This document shows, in pieces, positions 1-13,568 of a stretch of 43,730 nucleotides of DNA (its first letter is position 1; each line of letters opens with the position of its first letter). This DNA comes from a virus (Duplodnaviria; Heunggongvirae; Uroviricota; Caudoviricetes). A program made the position numbers and the translations under genes. The stretch lies in IMG/VR virus record IMGVR_UViG_2617270944_000006; one strand, written 5' to 3'. Under the pieces are notes generated by a model. That model saw only the letters and a program-made list of their open reading frames with translations. It did no database searches and was not told where the DNA came from.

Positions 1-204
1 AACGAGATGCCACGATGCCTCATCACTGTTGAAAACAGCCACGAAGCCAGCCGGAATATCTGGCGGTGCAATATCGGTACTGTTTGCTGGCAGACCTGTA
101 TGAGGCGGAATATATGCGTCACCTTCACCAATAAATTCATTAGTTCCGGCCAGCAGATTATAAATTTTTATGGTCCGTGGTTGTTCACTCATTCTGAATG
201 CCAT
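1..204 (-). CDS. Tail fiber assembly protein (Tfa), N-terminal 68 codons; gene runs off the window start
   Basis: Manual reverse-complement translation from ATG at 204-202 gives [68 protein letters not shown], matching the N-terminus of lambdoid Tfa proteins as I recall them; start overlaps the stf stop (TAATG). Not in the ORF track because no stop lies inside the window. Confidence 0.75.
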   Translation of the reverse strand, partial: MAFRMSEQPRTIKIYNLLAGTNEFIGEGDAYIPPHTGLPANSTDIAPPDIPAGFVAVFNSDEASWHLV

Positions 205-3200
205 TATGCAAGCCTCACAATATAGTTAAATGCGATGTTTTTGACGGTGTTTTCCGCGTTACCAGCAGCGTTAACGGTGATGGTATGTCCATGTGAACCA
301 ATCGCAACGGAGTGCGTATGAGCACCAATACCGACAGTATGTGCGTGTGCACCTGCGCTTGCAGCAGTACCCGATACAGAGTGCGTATGAGCGCCTGCAG
401 AAGAAGTGTTAACACTGTATTTAGAATAATCAGGTGATCCACTTCCCGGAGCACCACTGGAACCACCTGAAACAAATGTCATCGAATGGGTATGTGCACC
501 GGCTGAAGCAGCCGTACCGCTAACACTGTGTGTATGTGCCCCGGTGTTATTCGTGGATTTAGTGCCGTAATCAAACGACGATGTGGTTTTCGTCCCCAAA
601 TCCGTACTGGATGCGCTGGCGCTGTGGGTATGCGATTTAATGCCGTCCTGTTCCTGAGACAATACGGCCCGACCACTGGCAGGTTTGCCCTTAATCGTCC
701 AGCCACGCATATCAGGGATCACGCCTGACGGATAAGCCGCTGCAAGTTTCGGGTATGCAGATTTGTCAAAAGTCTGCCCCTGCATCAGGGCATAGCCAGA
801 CGGAACGGTATCTGATGGCCACGGGATTGGTGCACCGACTGGATAAAACTCTGCAGGAGGATGAGCCGAGGTGTAAAGCTGCGCCCACGGCGACCAGTTT
901 GCGTCGGTCGTATCCCGTCGTGAACGAATAAATGCCGGAGCATGAGCACCGCTTGTACCACTCCAGCCGATGAGTAACTCACCTTCGCCAACGGCTGTCA
1001 TCCCTTTCAGGTGAATGATATTTCCATACGCTGTTGGATATCCGTTGTTATACACCTCGTATAACTCAAGACCTGTTGCCCCCTGCGTATTGTCTGTCAG
1101 CGCGGTTACCCGACCTTTTGAAGACAGATTAACTGATGATACTGCTGTTCCACCTGACGGTAACGCCCCGATCTCTGATGCCGTTGGCTTATTTCTGGAG
1201 TTATAGTCCCTTCGCCAGCCAGGTGAATAATCTGTTCCGTGATTAATATAGGTAAACTGGGCGTTAGTTGTTCCACCACCAGTGGAGGTGGTCGGTGTGG
1301 TAATGCGGATCGTCATCGCTGACTTTATCCCCATTACTTCAATGACAGCTCCGGCGAGATGAATATTACCGCAGTCAGTATCAGTAATGATTTTATTATT
1401 GCCATAAGACCAGGAACCCTTGCACATCCAGTAGGGATGGTTAAATGCTCCCTGAGAATCCAGCCACTCGATAAACTGTGCAGTCGTCCAGTTTCCTGTT
1501 ATTGTGCTTACTGACCCACCGAAGGCACGGCAGGCACCAATATTTTTCGTAAAGGTGTCTTTGCCAGGGATATCCGCACCGTTCTGATCTTTCTGCAGAC
1601 GTTTCTCAGCATTGTCATAGGCTGTTTTTACTGCCTTTGGTGTCGCGGCAAGCGTTTCAGATGTGCTGTTGGTCGCGCTGCTTAGCTGGATTATCCCTTT
1701 CTGTGCTGTCGTTGCATCCTGTGCGGTGTATTTCCCGTTAGCCAGGTCATACGCGGCCTTAACGGCTTTTGGCGTTGCCGCCTGTGACTCGGAAGTGCTG
1801 TTGGTCGCACTGCTGAGCTGTACTATCCCCTTTTTCGTCGTGCTCGCATCCTCAAGCGCCACGGCGGATGCAATATCCTCTGCCCGTTTTGCCGCTGTCT
1901 CGGCGCGCGTTGCCGCGGATTCCGCCGTACTTTTGCTCTGAGCTGCCGCCGTCGCACTGCCAGCTGCCTCTGTCGCCTTCGTGGATGCCGTCGTGGCGCT
2001 GCCCTTCGCTGCGGACGCTTGTCTGGTCGCCTCATCTTTTGAAGCAGACGCCGATGATGCCGATGACGCCGCCGAACTGGCGGACGATGCGGCAGCCGTT
2101 TTTGAGGATTCTGCGCTGGTTTCCGACGCTTTCGCGTTCGTCTCGGATGTCTTCGCTGCGGAAGCAGACCTCGCTGCTGCGCTGGCCTGTACAGCGGCTT
2201 CGCCAGCCTTCGTTGTGGCTGTTGAAGCGGACGATGCGGCGCTTTCTGCCGATTTTCCGGCGGCGGTGGCACTGGCTGAGGCCTGCCCGGCACTTGTTGA
2301 CGCTGCACTGGCAGACGACGCAGCCGCTGTTTTTGAGCCTGCCGCAGCCGAGGCGCTCTGTCCCGCTGCCGTTTCAGAAGACCTGGCGTTCGTCTCTGAC
2401 GTTTTTGCCGCCTTCGCGGAATTTCCTGCCGCTGTTGCCGAGGAAGCTGCGCTACTGGCGCTCGAGGATGCGTTCGTTTCTGATGATTTTGCCGCCTCTT
2501 TTGAAGCCGCCGCATCCCGGGCTGAGGTGGCAGCTTCTGACGCTTTCGTGGTCGCGGTGGATGCAGAAGTGGCGGCTGATTGTTGTGACGCTGCCGCATT
2601 CGTTTCTGACGTTTTTGCTGCACCGGCACTGGTGGCCGCCGCGCTTTTTGAGGACTCTGCAGCGGCAGCACTTTTTGATGCTTCAGTGGCCTTTGTTGAT
2701 GCCGTTCCTGCGCTGGAAGTCGCTGACTGAGCCGACGACGCGGCCTGTCCGGCTGACGTGCTGGCTGCGCGTGCTGAGCCTGCAGCATCAGTCGCATGGG
2801 TTGCCGCCTCACGGGCTGATGTGCTGGCATCACTGGCTGACTTCTTCGCGGCTGCCGTGTTCTGTGCCACCACGGACGCGTTACGCGCCACCTCTTCCAC
2901 CATCAGCTCAAAACGGCGCAGTGCCTCCGGACGGGCATCATCCTCCGTCATGGCACCGAGAAAATCATTCAGCGTACCGGGTCGGGAATCTTCATACACG
3001 GTGATGGTCCCGGCATGTGACGGCGGGAATCCTTCCACCAACAGACTGACGCTGTACTGACCGTACTCAACGTCCATACTGTAACGCCCGGCTTCATCCG
3101 GATTTTCAGATGCCAGCGTGTTCACCACCACCGTGGTACTGTTACGTTTTGCTTTCAGCTGGATTGTGCAGTTCTGTACCGGTTTTCCTGTGCCGTCTTT

Positions 3201-3233
3201 CAGTACACCTGAAATTTTTACTGCCATATTCAC
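204..3233 (-). CDS. Side tail fiber protein (Stf-like), 1009 aa
   Basis: Lies between lom and tfa; long Ala/Ser/Thr-rich low-complexity segment, two tandem tail-fiber repeat units (QKGI[VI][22 protein letters not shown]), His-rich GAHTHS repeats near the C-terminus. Confidence 0.85.
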   Translation of the reverse strand: MNMAVKISGVLKDGTGKPVQNCTIQLKAKRNSTTVVVNTLASENPDEAGRYSMDVEYGQYSVSLLVEGFPPSHAGTITVYEDSRPGTLNDFLGAMTEDDARPEALRRFELMVEEVARNASVVAQNTAAAKKSASDASTSAREAATHATDAAGSARAASTSAGQAASSAQSATSSAGTASTKATEASKSAAAAESSKSAAATSAGAAKTSETNAAASQQSAATSASTATTKASEAATSARDAAASKEAAKSSETNASSSASSAASSATAAGNSAKAAKTSETNARSSETAAGQSASAAAGSKTAAASSASAASTSAGQASASATAAGKSAESAASSASTATTKAGEAAVQASAAARSASAAKTSETNAKASETSAESSKTAAASSASSAASSASSASASKDEATRQASAAKGSATTASTKATEAAGSATAAAQSKSTAESAATRAETAAKRAEDIASAVALEDASTTKKGIVQLSSATNSTSESQAATPKAVKAAYDLANGKYTAQDATTAQKGIIQLSSATNSTSETLAATPKAVKTAYDNAEKRLQKDQNGADIPGKDTFTKNIGACRAFGGSVSTITGNWTTAQFIEWLDSQGAFNHPYWMCKGSWSYGNNKIITDTDCGNIHLAGAVIEVMGIKSAMTIRITTPTTSTGGGTTNAQFTYINHGTDYSPGWRRDYNSRNKPTASEIGALPSGGTAVSSVNLSSKGRVTALTDNTQGATGLELYEVYNNGYPTAYGNIIHLKGMTAVGEGELLIGWSGTSGAHAPAFIRSRRDTTDANWSPWAQLYTSAHPPAEFYPVGAPIPWPSDTVPSGYALMQGQTFDKSAYPKLAAAYPSGVIPDMRGWTIKGKPASGRAVLSQEQDGIKSHTHSASASSTDLGTKTTSSFDYGTKSTNNTGAHTHSVSGTAASAGAHTHSMTFVSGGSSGAPGSGSPDYSKYSVNTSSAGAHTHSVSGTAASAGAHAHTVGIGAHTHSVAIGSHGHTITVNAAGNAENTVKNIAFNYIVRLA
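1640..1880 (-). repeat. Tandem duplication of about 100 bp inside stf encoding two tail-fiber repeat motifs
   Basis: Near-identical DNA blocks (gtgctgttggtcgc.ctgct.agctg...) appear twice; the protein shows the [18 protein letters not shown] motif twice in a row. Confidence 0.7.
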
Positions 3234-3291
3234 CCCACAAAAAAGCCCGCCTGAACCGGCGGGCTGTCATAACACTGTGTTACCTGGCTAA

Positions 3292-3891
3292 TCAGAATTT
3301 ATAACCAACACCCACGATGAATCCGTCAGTGCGCCAGTCACCACTGCCGGAGCCTTCATAAGCGACATCAATGGCCACGGATTCGGTCGGGTTAAACTGC
3401 ACGCCAGCTCCCCACGCCAGAGACGTGTTGCTGTGGCGACCGTCATCACTTCCGGTCAGCACATCGTGCTTTTTCCCCTTGTTGTCAGTTACGCGGAGAT
3501 AATCCCCGGAGAAAGTCGACACACGGCTGTAAGCCACACCCGCCATCGCATACGCGCTGAACCATTCATTCACGCGCACAGACGGCCCCGCCATTACGCT
3601 GAACCAGCGGTTACGAACGGAATCTTCATGCCAGCGGGTATCGCTGTAACGGGTAATCTGGCGATTCTTGTCTCCTGCATAGCTGAACGACGTCACCATC
3701 CCCAGTGTGTCCGTAAACTCATAACGGTATTTCACGTTAATCCCGTTCAGATCATCACCGCCGGGAACGTTCGTCCGGGCATGAAGATACCCCGCGCTCA
3801 GCGTGGACTGATGTTCAGACGCCCATGCAGGCGCACCGGATACGGCCAGACAAATGGCTGCGGACAAAATGGCGGCATAAAGTTTACGCAT
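3292..3891 (-). CDS. lom: Outer membrane protein Lom (Ail/PagC/OmpX family beta-barrel)
   Basis: 199-aa protein with N-terminal signal peptide ([24 protein letters not shown]), aromatic-rich beta-strand pattern and C-terminal GVGYKF; lambda position between J and stf. Confidence 0.85.
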   Translation of the reverse strand: MRKLYAAILSAAICLAVSGAPAWASEHQSTLSAGYLHARTNVPGGDDLNGINVKYRYEFTDTLGMVTSFSYAGDKNRQITRYSDTRWHEDSVRNRWFSVMAGPSVRVNEWFSAYAMAGVAYSRVSTFSGDYLRVTDNKGKKHDVLTGSDDGRHSNTSLAWGAGVQFNPTESVAIDVAYEGSGSGDWRTDGFIVGVGYKF

Positions 3892-3957
3892 AATTACCTC
3901 TCGCTTTTCTGCAATAAAAAAGGCGTCATTTCTGACGCCCGTTCTGGGTTATAAAAT

Positions 3958-7359
<3,402 letters not shown>

Positions 7360-7416
7360 TCATGCTCCATAAACGATAAAACCGCCCGCAGGCGGTTTCA
7401 CATAAAACATTTTGCA

Positions 7417-8064
7417 TCAGCGGCCAATCACCACAACCTGACCACCGTCCCCTTCATCTGCCGTGCTGATCTCCTGAGAAACCACACGAGACCCCACACG
7501 CATTTCACCGTACAGAACAGGCAGAACATTGCCCTGGGCAACCATGTTATCCAGTGACGAGAAATACGTGTTCTGTTTGCCGTTATCTGTACTGGCTGCC
7601 GTGGGCGTCCTGGCTTTCGGTGCCAGCATCTGCGCCACACCACCCAGGATCATACTGGCCCCTGCTGCATACAGACCCGATACAGCCGCGGCCCCCAGCC
7701 AGCCAACAGGGTTCCACCATGCCACCGCAATCAGCGCCGCACCCAGCACCGCCTGAAACACACCGCCACTTTTGGCACCCGCCAGACGCGGAACGACGTG
7801 GATCACGGCACCATTTGCCAGCGGTTCATTAAGACGGGCAGATAATTCATTTTCGCCTGCATCACGCCCGGAAATGCGCACCTGATACCAGCCCTCATTC
7901 AGTTTCTGGCGAAACGACGGAAGCTGTGTGGCCAGCGCCCGGATGGCTTCAGCCCCCGTTTTCACACGAAGGTCGATGCGGCGGCCAAATCGTTGTAAAT
8001 CCCCGTAAAGGCAGATGCGTGCCATGCCCGGTGACGCCAGAGGGAGTGTGTGCGTCGCTGCCAT
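7417..8064 (-). CDS. I: Tail assembly protein I
   Basis: 215 aa, ubiquitin-like N-terminus plus hydrophobic C-terminal half; overlaps the 3' end of K as in lambda. Confidence 0.8.
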   Translation of the reverse strand: MAATHTLPLASPGMARICLYGDLQRFGRRIDLRVKTGAEAIRALATQLPSFRQKLNEGWYQVRISGRDAGENELSARLNEPLANGAVIHVVPRLAGAKSGGVFQAVLGAALIAVAWWNPVGWLGAAAVSGLYAAGASMILGGVAQMLAPKARTPTAASTDNGKQNTYFSSLDNMVAQGNVLPVLYGEMRVGSRVVSQEISTADEGDGGQVVVIGR

Positions 8065-8705
8065 TTGTCGGTATACCTCTCTCGTTTGCTCAGTTGTTCA
8101 GGAATATGGTGCAGCAGCTCGCCGTCACCACAGTAAATGGCGGCATGATTCGGCACCGATGAACCAAAACAGCACAGCAGCACATCGCCCGGCTGCGCCG
8201 CTGACAACGGCACCTGATACAGCCCTGTGGCCTCCAGATTATCCAGATAGAGATTCTGACCGTGACGCCACCAGTCATCCTCGCGATGAAAATCCGGCAT
8301 CTCAATCCCCGCCAGATGGTAAGCATCCCGGAACAGTGTGTAACAGTCCGTCACACCGTGCTCAAAGCGCCGCCCGGTAAGATGTGGCACACAGCGGAAC
8401 TTGTGAATCGCCCCCCGGCAGACCAGCCACCACGGCAAATCACTCTGCACCTGCAGCCGCCGGTCGGCCTCACTCAGCCAGGGCAGACCACCGGGGTGGC
8501 TGTGGACCAGTGCCACAATCTCACCCTGCATCTCTGCCTGCAGCCAGTCCTCCGGAGCCATCCGGAAATAATCCTCCGGCTCACCGGAAATATTCACGCA
8601 GGGAAAATATCTTTCCCCCTCCGGCGCTCTCACCACGAAGCCGCACGACTCCGCTGGCGCACATCGCCGGGCGTGCGCCAGAATCGCTGATTCTGTCTCT
8701 GTCAT
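7962..8705 (-). CDS. K: Tail assembly protein K (MPN/JAB plus NlpC/P60 domains)
   Basis: Start moved to the internal ATG (MTETESAILAHARRC...) just downstream of the L stop; HSHP JAB-like motif and Cys/His peptidase motif visible. Confidence 0.8.
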   Translation of the reverse strand: MTETESAILAHARRCAPAESCGFVVRAPEGERYFPCVNISGEPEDYFRMAPEDWLQAEMQGEIVALVHSHPGGLPWLSEADRRLQVQSDLPWWLVCRGAIHKFRCVPHLTGRRFEHGVTDCYTLFRDAYHLAGIEMPDFHREDDWWRHGQNLYLDNLEATGLYQVPLSAAQPGDVLLCCFGSSVPNHAAIYCGDGELLHHIPEQLSKRERYTDKWQRRTHSLWRHRAWHASAFTGIYNDLAAASTFV

Positions 8706-8709
8706 GGGA

Positions 8710-9408
8710 TTACTGCGAAAGTTTGTTAATGGAAAGGAAGCCGCCAAAGTTGCCGACGTTATTGCGAAACTTACAGCCGCTCAGGCATTTGCTGCATTTA
8801 TCCTTCGTGATATCGGACGTCGGCTGGTCATATTCATCCGCGACCGCCGGACCGTGATAACCGCACTCATCGCCGCGATAGGTCCAGGTGCAGGTGTTGG
8901 CCAGCATGATACGCCCCGGAAAAACAGAGCCATCCGTTTCAGTCGGTGTGGACAGTACAAAAGAGACACTGACCGCGCTCAGTTCGCTGCACTGCTCGAT
9001 GCGCCAGCGGCTGATCACCTCCTGCTCCGGATCGGCTTCGCTGTTTCCGTTGACGAAGTTCACCGCATCCAGAAAACGGGCGTAAACCTTACGCCGGACC
9101 ACCGTTCCTCCGACCAGACTCTGCAGGTCTTCCGCCATCCCGGTGACCATGCCGTGCAGGTTAGAAACCGTCAGTGTCGGACGGGCAGCACTGCCCTTGC
9201 CGTTCAGTTCAAATCCCGTCCCCTGAATGGGATACGCCTGATACTGTCGCCCCTGCCAGGTGACCGGCTCACCTTTTTCGTTCTGCTCATTACAGAAAAA
9301 ATAACGTTCTCCACCGACCACTGTCAGATCGATTTCCCAGAGCACCACCTGGGCTGACTGAGTGAGGCGTGTCGTCTCATGATGTGTTTCCTGTGGAATA
9401 TCCTGCAT
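8710..9408 (-). CDS. L: Minor tail protein L
   Basis: 232 aa, identical length to lambda L; conserved C-terminal Cys cluster (CSKCLSGC); position between M and K. Confidence 0.85.
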   Translation of the reverse strand: MQDIPQETHHETTRLTQSAQVVLWEIDLTVVGGERYFFCNEQNEKGEPVTWQGRQYQAYPIQGTGFELNGKGSAARPTLTVSNLHGMVTGMAEDLQSLVGGTVVRRKVYARFLDAVNFVNGNSEADPEQEVISRWRIEQCSELSAVSVSFVLSTPTETDGSVFPGRIMLANTCTWTYRGDECGYHGPAVADEYDQPTSDITKDKCSKCLSGCKFRNNVGNFGGFLSINKLSQ

Positions 9409-9417
9409 CAGAGACTC

Positions 9418-9747
9418 CTATGCCACGACCTGTTCAAAATCTGCCGTTATGGTTACCCACAACGCCCCCACGCTTGCCGACCATTTACGACAAACCACCC
9501 TGATCGGCTTCCAGTCATAAGGTGGCGTCCACTGAAATGCGCGGACGCCACCGTGCCGTTCCAGAAAGGCTTTTAAAGATGGGTGTTCACATTTACGAAC
9601 ACGTATCGTCACGCTGTAAGTCGACAACTGGTTATTCAGTCCCGCCGCACGACGCTGTTCATAACCATCGCCCAGCTTCACTGTCACCACTTTCGGCTCT
9701 GATACCACATTCATATCCGGGCGCACTTTCCAGTGAAACGTCTCCAT
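9418..9747 (-). CDS. M: Minor tail protein M
   Basis: 109 aa as in lambda M; placed between tape measure and L. Confidence 0.85.
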   Translation of the reverse strand: METFHWKVRPDMNVVSEPKVVTVKLGDGYEQRRAAGLNNQLSTYSVTIRVRKCEHPSLKAFLERHGGVRAFQWTPPYDWKPIRVVCRKWSASVGALWVTITADFEQVVA

Positions 9748-12700
9748 TACCGATATGCTCCACTTAACCGACCACCATCACGGGCCTGCTGTTGCATAAA
9801 GTCCGCTGCTGCTTTTTTCCCAAGGTCATAAACCACCTTCAGGGCAGCCGGACCTATCTGCCCGTTCGTGCCATCGTTATTGATCTCGATGTTGTACTGC
9901 GGGGCAAACATCGCCATACCTGAACCACCAATATCCGCCACAACCCCCAGCTTACCGTCAGCACCACGACGCAGTGGCAGAATGGCTTCAGGTCCAGCTT
10001 CCCCCATCACACCCGTGCCTTTTGCAAAAGCAAAAAACGTCGGACGGTTAACCACCGTGCCACTGTAACGACTCAAATCAGCAGACTGATAAATCCCCCC
10101 ATTGGCATTCAGGGAAAGACTGCTGAGATCAAATCCCAGTACACTGCCAATCCCTTTTATCGATTTCATCATGGTTGCCTGCGCCAGAATTTTCGCCATA
10201 TCTGACAGCACCGAAGAGGTGAAGGATTTGAAGTTGAGTTTGCCGGTAGTGACAAAAGTTGCCAGGCCATTTCCCATGTTGCTGAAGGCTGACGAGAACA
10301 CCTGTTCTGCTGTTCCTGCCGTATTGTCTGCATCCACGGTAAAATCCTGAAATGCACGCAGGACTCCGTTTTTCCAGTTACCCTGCACAACTTCAAGCTG
10401 TTGCCAGTAACGGCGATTCTCATTCAGTTGTCGGTTCAGGCTCTCCGTCAGCGCCTGCTCGGCCTTTCTGTAGTCATCCGTGTTATATGTCCCTTTCTGC
10501 TCACTATCCCGCCTCAACTGCTCCAGCTGTTGCTGGTATTTCTGGCGAAGACTCAGTTGTACCTGATATCGCTGCCGCTGCTGATCACCCATACCCACCG
10601 TGGCGATATCCAGGTCATGTTGCTGACGCTGAGCGCGCTCTTCTTCAGCCAGTTGACTGGTCAGCTGAATTGTTTTTTTCTTCAGATCGTTGAGTGCCGT
10701 CTGTTTCTGAAGCTCCTGCTGTTTTACATCCAGCAGCGTCAGTGCCTGAATCAGTTCATCTTTACGGGCCAGCACACTCTTTTCATCTGCCGTCAGTTTT
10801 TTCCCGTCCAGATCGCTGATGCGCTGCTGCAGAGCCAGAAGCTGTTTATGCGCTTCTGTCATCTTTTCAGTGGCAATGCTTGCTGACTGTCTTGCAGCAG
10901 CAATCTGTCCTTCCACCTGTGCCTGTTGCTGGCTGTACTGCAGCAATAACCGGGTGGCCTCATCATTACGGGTTTCGCGTGTTTTTTTCTTACCGGATGC
11001 CAGGGCTTTCTCGTAACGTTCATTTTCACGTTGTATCGCCGCATCCCTGACAGCCTGATCGGCGTACTGCATGGCATTAATACGCGCAATTTCACGCTGA
11101 TGTCGTGCTGCTTCCGTTTCATTCATCCGGTTCAGTGCAGCATTTTCAGCATTACGGCGTTTCTGTTGCTCCTGATAATTCCGCTCTGCCTGCTCTTTTG
11201 CATCCTGCAAATCCTTCTGGCGTTTTTTCTCCTGAAGATCGTTAAGACGCTGCTGATCGTATTCAACCTGAGAAGATGATGCCGTCCAGGGGAGTCTTTT
11301 CGCCCGCGACACTTTCTCCTGTAAAGCGGCAATCTGTTCATCCAGCGAGTCTTCACGACCAATATTCATGGCCGCATCCCAGAAACGACTCCACAAATCA
11401 GACAGATACTTCAGCGTACTGCCAAGCGCATTGAGGTTATTATCAATATCCGCAGTACGCCGACCGGTTTCCTCTGCCAGTGCAGACATGGCTATCCGTG
11501 CAGCATCACTGGACCGCCCCTGCTCCCCAAGGACGCGTATCTGCTCAAGCTGAGTGGCAGTAAGAAAATGCAGCTCATTGTCCAGAGCCTTCGCGGCATT
11601 TACAGGATCATCCTTCAGCCGCTTAAACTGATTTATGGTATCGCTGACCGACTGGCCAACCGATCGCTCCATCTGTGCGGCAGCTCTCGCCACCATACCG
11701 ATATCGTTTCCACGAAATGCACCACTCCCCACCACCTGAGCCAGCGCACCGGCTGCAGCATGTTGCGTGATACCATTCCCGGAAATAGCACGACTGAGCG
11801 TCCACAGCTGCCCGGCAGTAACTCCGGCATAATGCCCCGTCAGCGACAACTGGCGGTTAAATTCTTCCCCCTCCTTCTGACCGTCATACCAGGCTTTACC
11901 CAGACCATAGACGGCCGCGGCAATACCGCCAATAACCCCGCCAAGCATCATGCCTTTCGGTGACATCAGTGTGTCTATCCATCCGGCACGGTTAGCCAGC
12001 GTTATCCCGGATCCCCTCAGCGCCCCTAAATTGCCGCGGGCCAGTTCACCTATCAGAACGCCTATCTCCTGGCGGGCTGCTGCACTTTTCAGACCCAGCG
12101 AATGCGTGGCTTTTCCTGCCTGCTCCATTTTGCGGATATACACTTCTGCAGCACTGCTTACCCCCAGCTGGGCTGCCTTAGCACGAAGCAACTCAGAAGA
12201 TGAAAGATTCTGGCGGGTTGCCTGCTCTTTAAGCTGACGGATAAACGCCACTTTCTGTCGGGTAGCCTCTTCCTCAGCCTGTGTAAGAACACGGGTTTTC
12301 GCCGTAACCTCAGAAATCAGCGCCAGATAATCCTGCTGACCAATCCCGCCACTGTTTCTGGCCTGTCGGATCTGCTGCTGAATACGCTGTAATTCCTGCA
12401 GCCCCGCACTGGCCTGTTTCACACTGTCAATCTGACGATAAAACGCAGCAGCCGCTTTATCCTGAGCCTCCGCCAGAGCCATGGCCTGCGCCTGTTCATC
12501 GCGCATTTTCTGGCTCAGCGCCTCCATGCGCTGGCGGGTTTTCTCCACCTCGCGGGCCATGCGTTCATGAGCCTGTGCGTTCTTCTCCACCGTCTGCGCA
12601 TGGACGGAGGCGGCTGTTGCAGCCGAAGAAGCCGCCTGCGTTGTCTGCCGGGCGGCCTGAGTCTGACGCTCCATAAAACGCTGCATACGGGCAGAAGACC

Positions 12701-12812
12701 GTTCTGCATCGCTGGCGGCACCATTCAGAAGGTTTTTGATACGGGGAATTTCATTTTTAAACTCTGCCGCATCAATCCCCAAATCAATGACCAGGTTGGC
12801 TATCTGGTCCAT
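9747..12812 (-). CDS. H: Tail tape measure protein (H-like)
   Basis: About 1020 aa, coiled-coil and Gln/Ala-rich; start placed at the internal ATG (MDQIANLVIDLG) preceded by GGAGGTG; lies between G/T and M. Confidence 0.85.
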   Translation of the reverse strand: MDQIANLVIDLGIDAAEFKNEIPRIKNLLNGAASDAERSSARMQRFMERQTQAARQTTQAASSAATAASVHAQTVEKNAQAHERMAREVEKTRQRMEALSQKMRDEQAQAMALAEAQDKAAAAFYRQIDSVKQASAGLQELQRIQQQIRQARNSGGIGQQDYLALISEVTAKTRVLTQAEEEATRQKVAFIRQLKEQATRQNLSSSELLRAKAAQLGVSSAAEVYIRKMEQAGKATHSLGLKSAAARQEIGVLIGELARGNLGALRGSGITLANRAGWIDTLMSPKGMMLGGVIGGIAAAVYGLGKAWYDGQKEGEEFNRQLSLTGHYAGVTAGQLWTLSRAISGNGITQHAAAGALAQVVGSGAFRGNDIGMVARAAAQMERSVGQSVSDTINQFKRLKDDPVNAAKALDNELHFLTATQLEQIRVLGEQGRSSDAARIAMSALAEETGRRTADIDNNLNALGSTLKYLSDLWSRFWDAAMNIGREDSLDEQIAALQEKVSRAKRLPWTASSSQVEYDQQRLNDLQEKKRQKDLQDAKEQAERNYQEQQKRRNAENAALNRMNETEAARHQREIARINAMQYADQAVRDAAIQRENERYEKALASGKKKTRETRNDEATRLLLQYSQQQAQVEGQIAAARQSASIATEKMTEAHKQLLALQQRISDLDGKKLTADEKSVLARKDELIQALTLLDVKQQELQKQTALNDLKKKTIQLTSQLAEEERAQRQQHDLDIATVGMGDQQRQRYQVQLSLRQKYQQQLEQLRRDSEQKGTYNTDDYRKAEQALTESLNRQLNENRRYWQQLEVVQGNWKNGVLRAFQDFTVDADNTAGTAEQVFSSAFSNMGNGLATFVTTGKLNFKSFTSSVLSDMAKILAQATMMKSIKGIGSVLGFDLSSLSLNANGGIYQSADLSRYSGTVVNRPTFFAFAKGTGVMGEAGPEAILPLRRGADGKLGVVADIGGSGMAMFAPQYNIEINNDGTNGQIGPAALKVVYDLGKKAAADFMQQQARDGGRLSGAYR

Positions 12813-13113
12813 AACGCACACCTCCGGAAATACCTTCTCCAAGATGCATCAGTTCTTCGTCCGTTCGCTCCGGTATCCCGTTCTCTTCCGGTAAAAGGCT
12901 GAAATCAGCCACCGCAGCATCACTGCTGCCGGACACCATTCTCACGATCAATGCCTTCAGCGAGGCAAACTGCGCATCCATCCACACATCACTGAAGCTC
13001 TGCATCCGGAAATAATCGCCCCACTCACCAAGCTCAGTGGCCGACATTTCCGACAGCATCCGCCGCCAGTCTGCCCGCCGGAACTCCCGGGCAAGCCGCA
13101 TGACAAACTGCAT
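12784..13113 (-). CDS. T: Tail assembly chaperone T segment, expressed as a G-T fusion by -1 ribosomal frameshift
   Basis: ORF in the -1 frame relative to G, overlapping the G 3' end and the H start; the -1 frame is open only across the last 8 codons of G. Confidence 0.7.
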   Translation of the reverse strand: MQFVMRLAREFRRADWRRMLSEMSATELGEWGDYFRMQSFSDVWMDAQFASLKALIVRMVSGSSDAAVADFSLLPEENGIPERTDEELMHLGEGISGGVRYGPDSQPGH

Positions 13114-13121
13114 TTCCCGCG

Positions 13122-13508
13122 TCAGGACTTTTCCGGCGTCAGCGCCTCATGCTCATCATCCCCGGCATTATCAATGGCCCCCATACCGCTCAGCGACAGA
13201 ACCATCTCCGCCCCCGCACCCAGGGCATCATACGACCATGTTGTAATAACGGATGCGCAAAGCGTCTCTACATCCTTAGACTGATCCGCATTCCACAGTG
13301 AGCGGGAAACCAGCCAGGCATTGATATCCATCCCCATCCGCAGAAAAGCAATCTGTCGTTCAGCCTCCGGCAGTTCTCCCTCCCCGGCATCAAACTTTGC
13401 CGTTCGCTGCTGAACAAACGCCAGATATTCAATTCTCTGCAGCCCGGACAGCTCACTGAGCACCACGGACTGTTTTTCATAATTAAACGTGCCCTGTTTC
13501 AGAAACAT
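13122..13508 (-). CDS. G: Tail assembly chaperone G
   Basis: Starts MFLKQGTF... (lambda G starts MFLK); acidic C-terminus; immediately downstream of V. Confidence 0.8.
   Translation of the reverse strand: MFLKQGTFNYEKQSVVLSELSGLQRIEYLAFVQQRTAKFDAGEGELPEAERQIAFLRMGMDINAWLVSRSLWNADQSKDVETLCASVITTWSYDALGAGAEMVLSLSGMGAIDNAGDDEHEALTPEKS
13128..13134 (-). promoter_or_regulatory. Candidate -1 frameshift slippery heptamer GGAAAAG (lambda uses GGGAAAG) at the G 3' end
   Basis: Minus-strand sequence ..ACG CCG GAA AAG TCC TGA; a shift at G GAA AAG enters the T frame (..GGA AAA GTC CTG..). Confidence 0.5.
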
Positions 13509-13568
13509 CATGTTCTCCACCTGCAAAAAAGCCCCGGATAACCGGGGCAAATGATGAGTATCGTCCTG

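Noticed and set aside
7-225. 72-aa plus-strand ORF at the window start
   Set aside because: Antisense to the tfa N-terminal coding region, whose translation matches the Tfa family.
1823-3004. Long ORFs in other frames across the stf repeat tract (plus-strand 1868-3004 and 1981-2730; minus-strand 1823-2833, Arg/Pro/Gln-rich)
   Set aside because: They are shadow ORFs created by the GCN-rich low-complexity DNA encoding the Ala/Ser/Thr tract of stf; their compositions are implausible and they lie entirely inside a confidently assigned gene.
9868-12902. Multiple 60-160-aa ORFs on both strands within the tape measure gene
   Set aside because: All lie within the tape-measure coding region in alternative frames; typical shadow ORFs in a long GC-rich gene.
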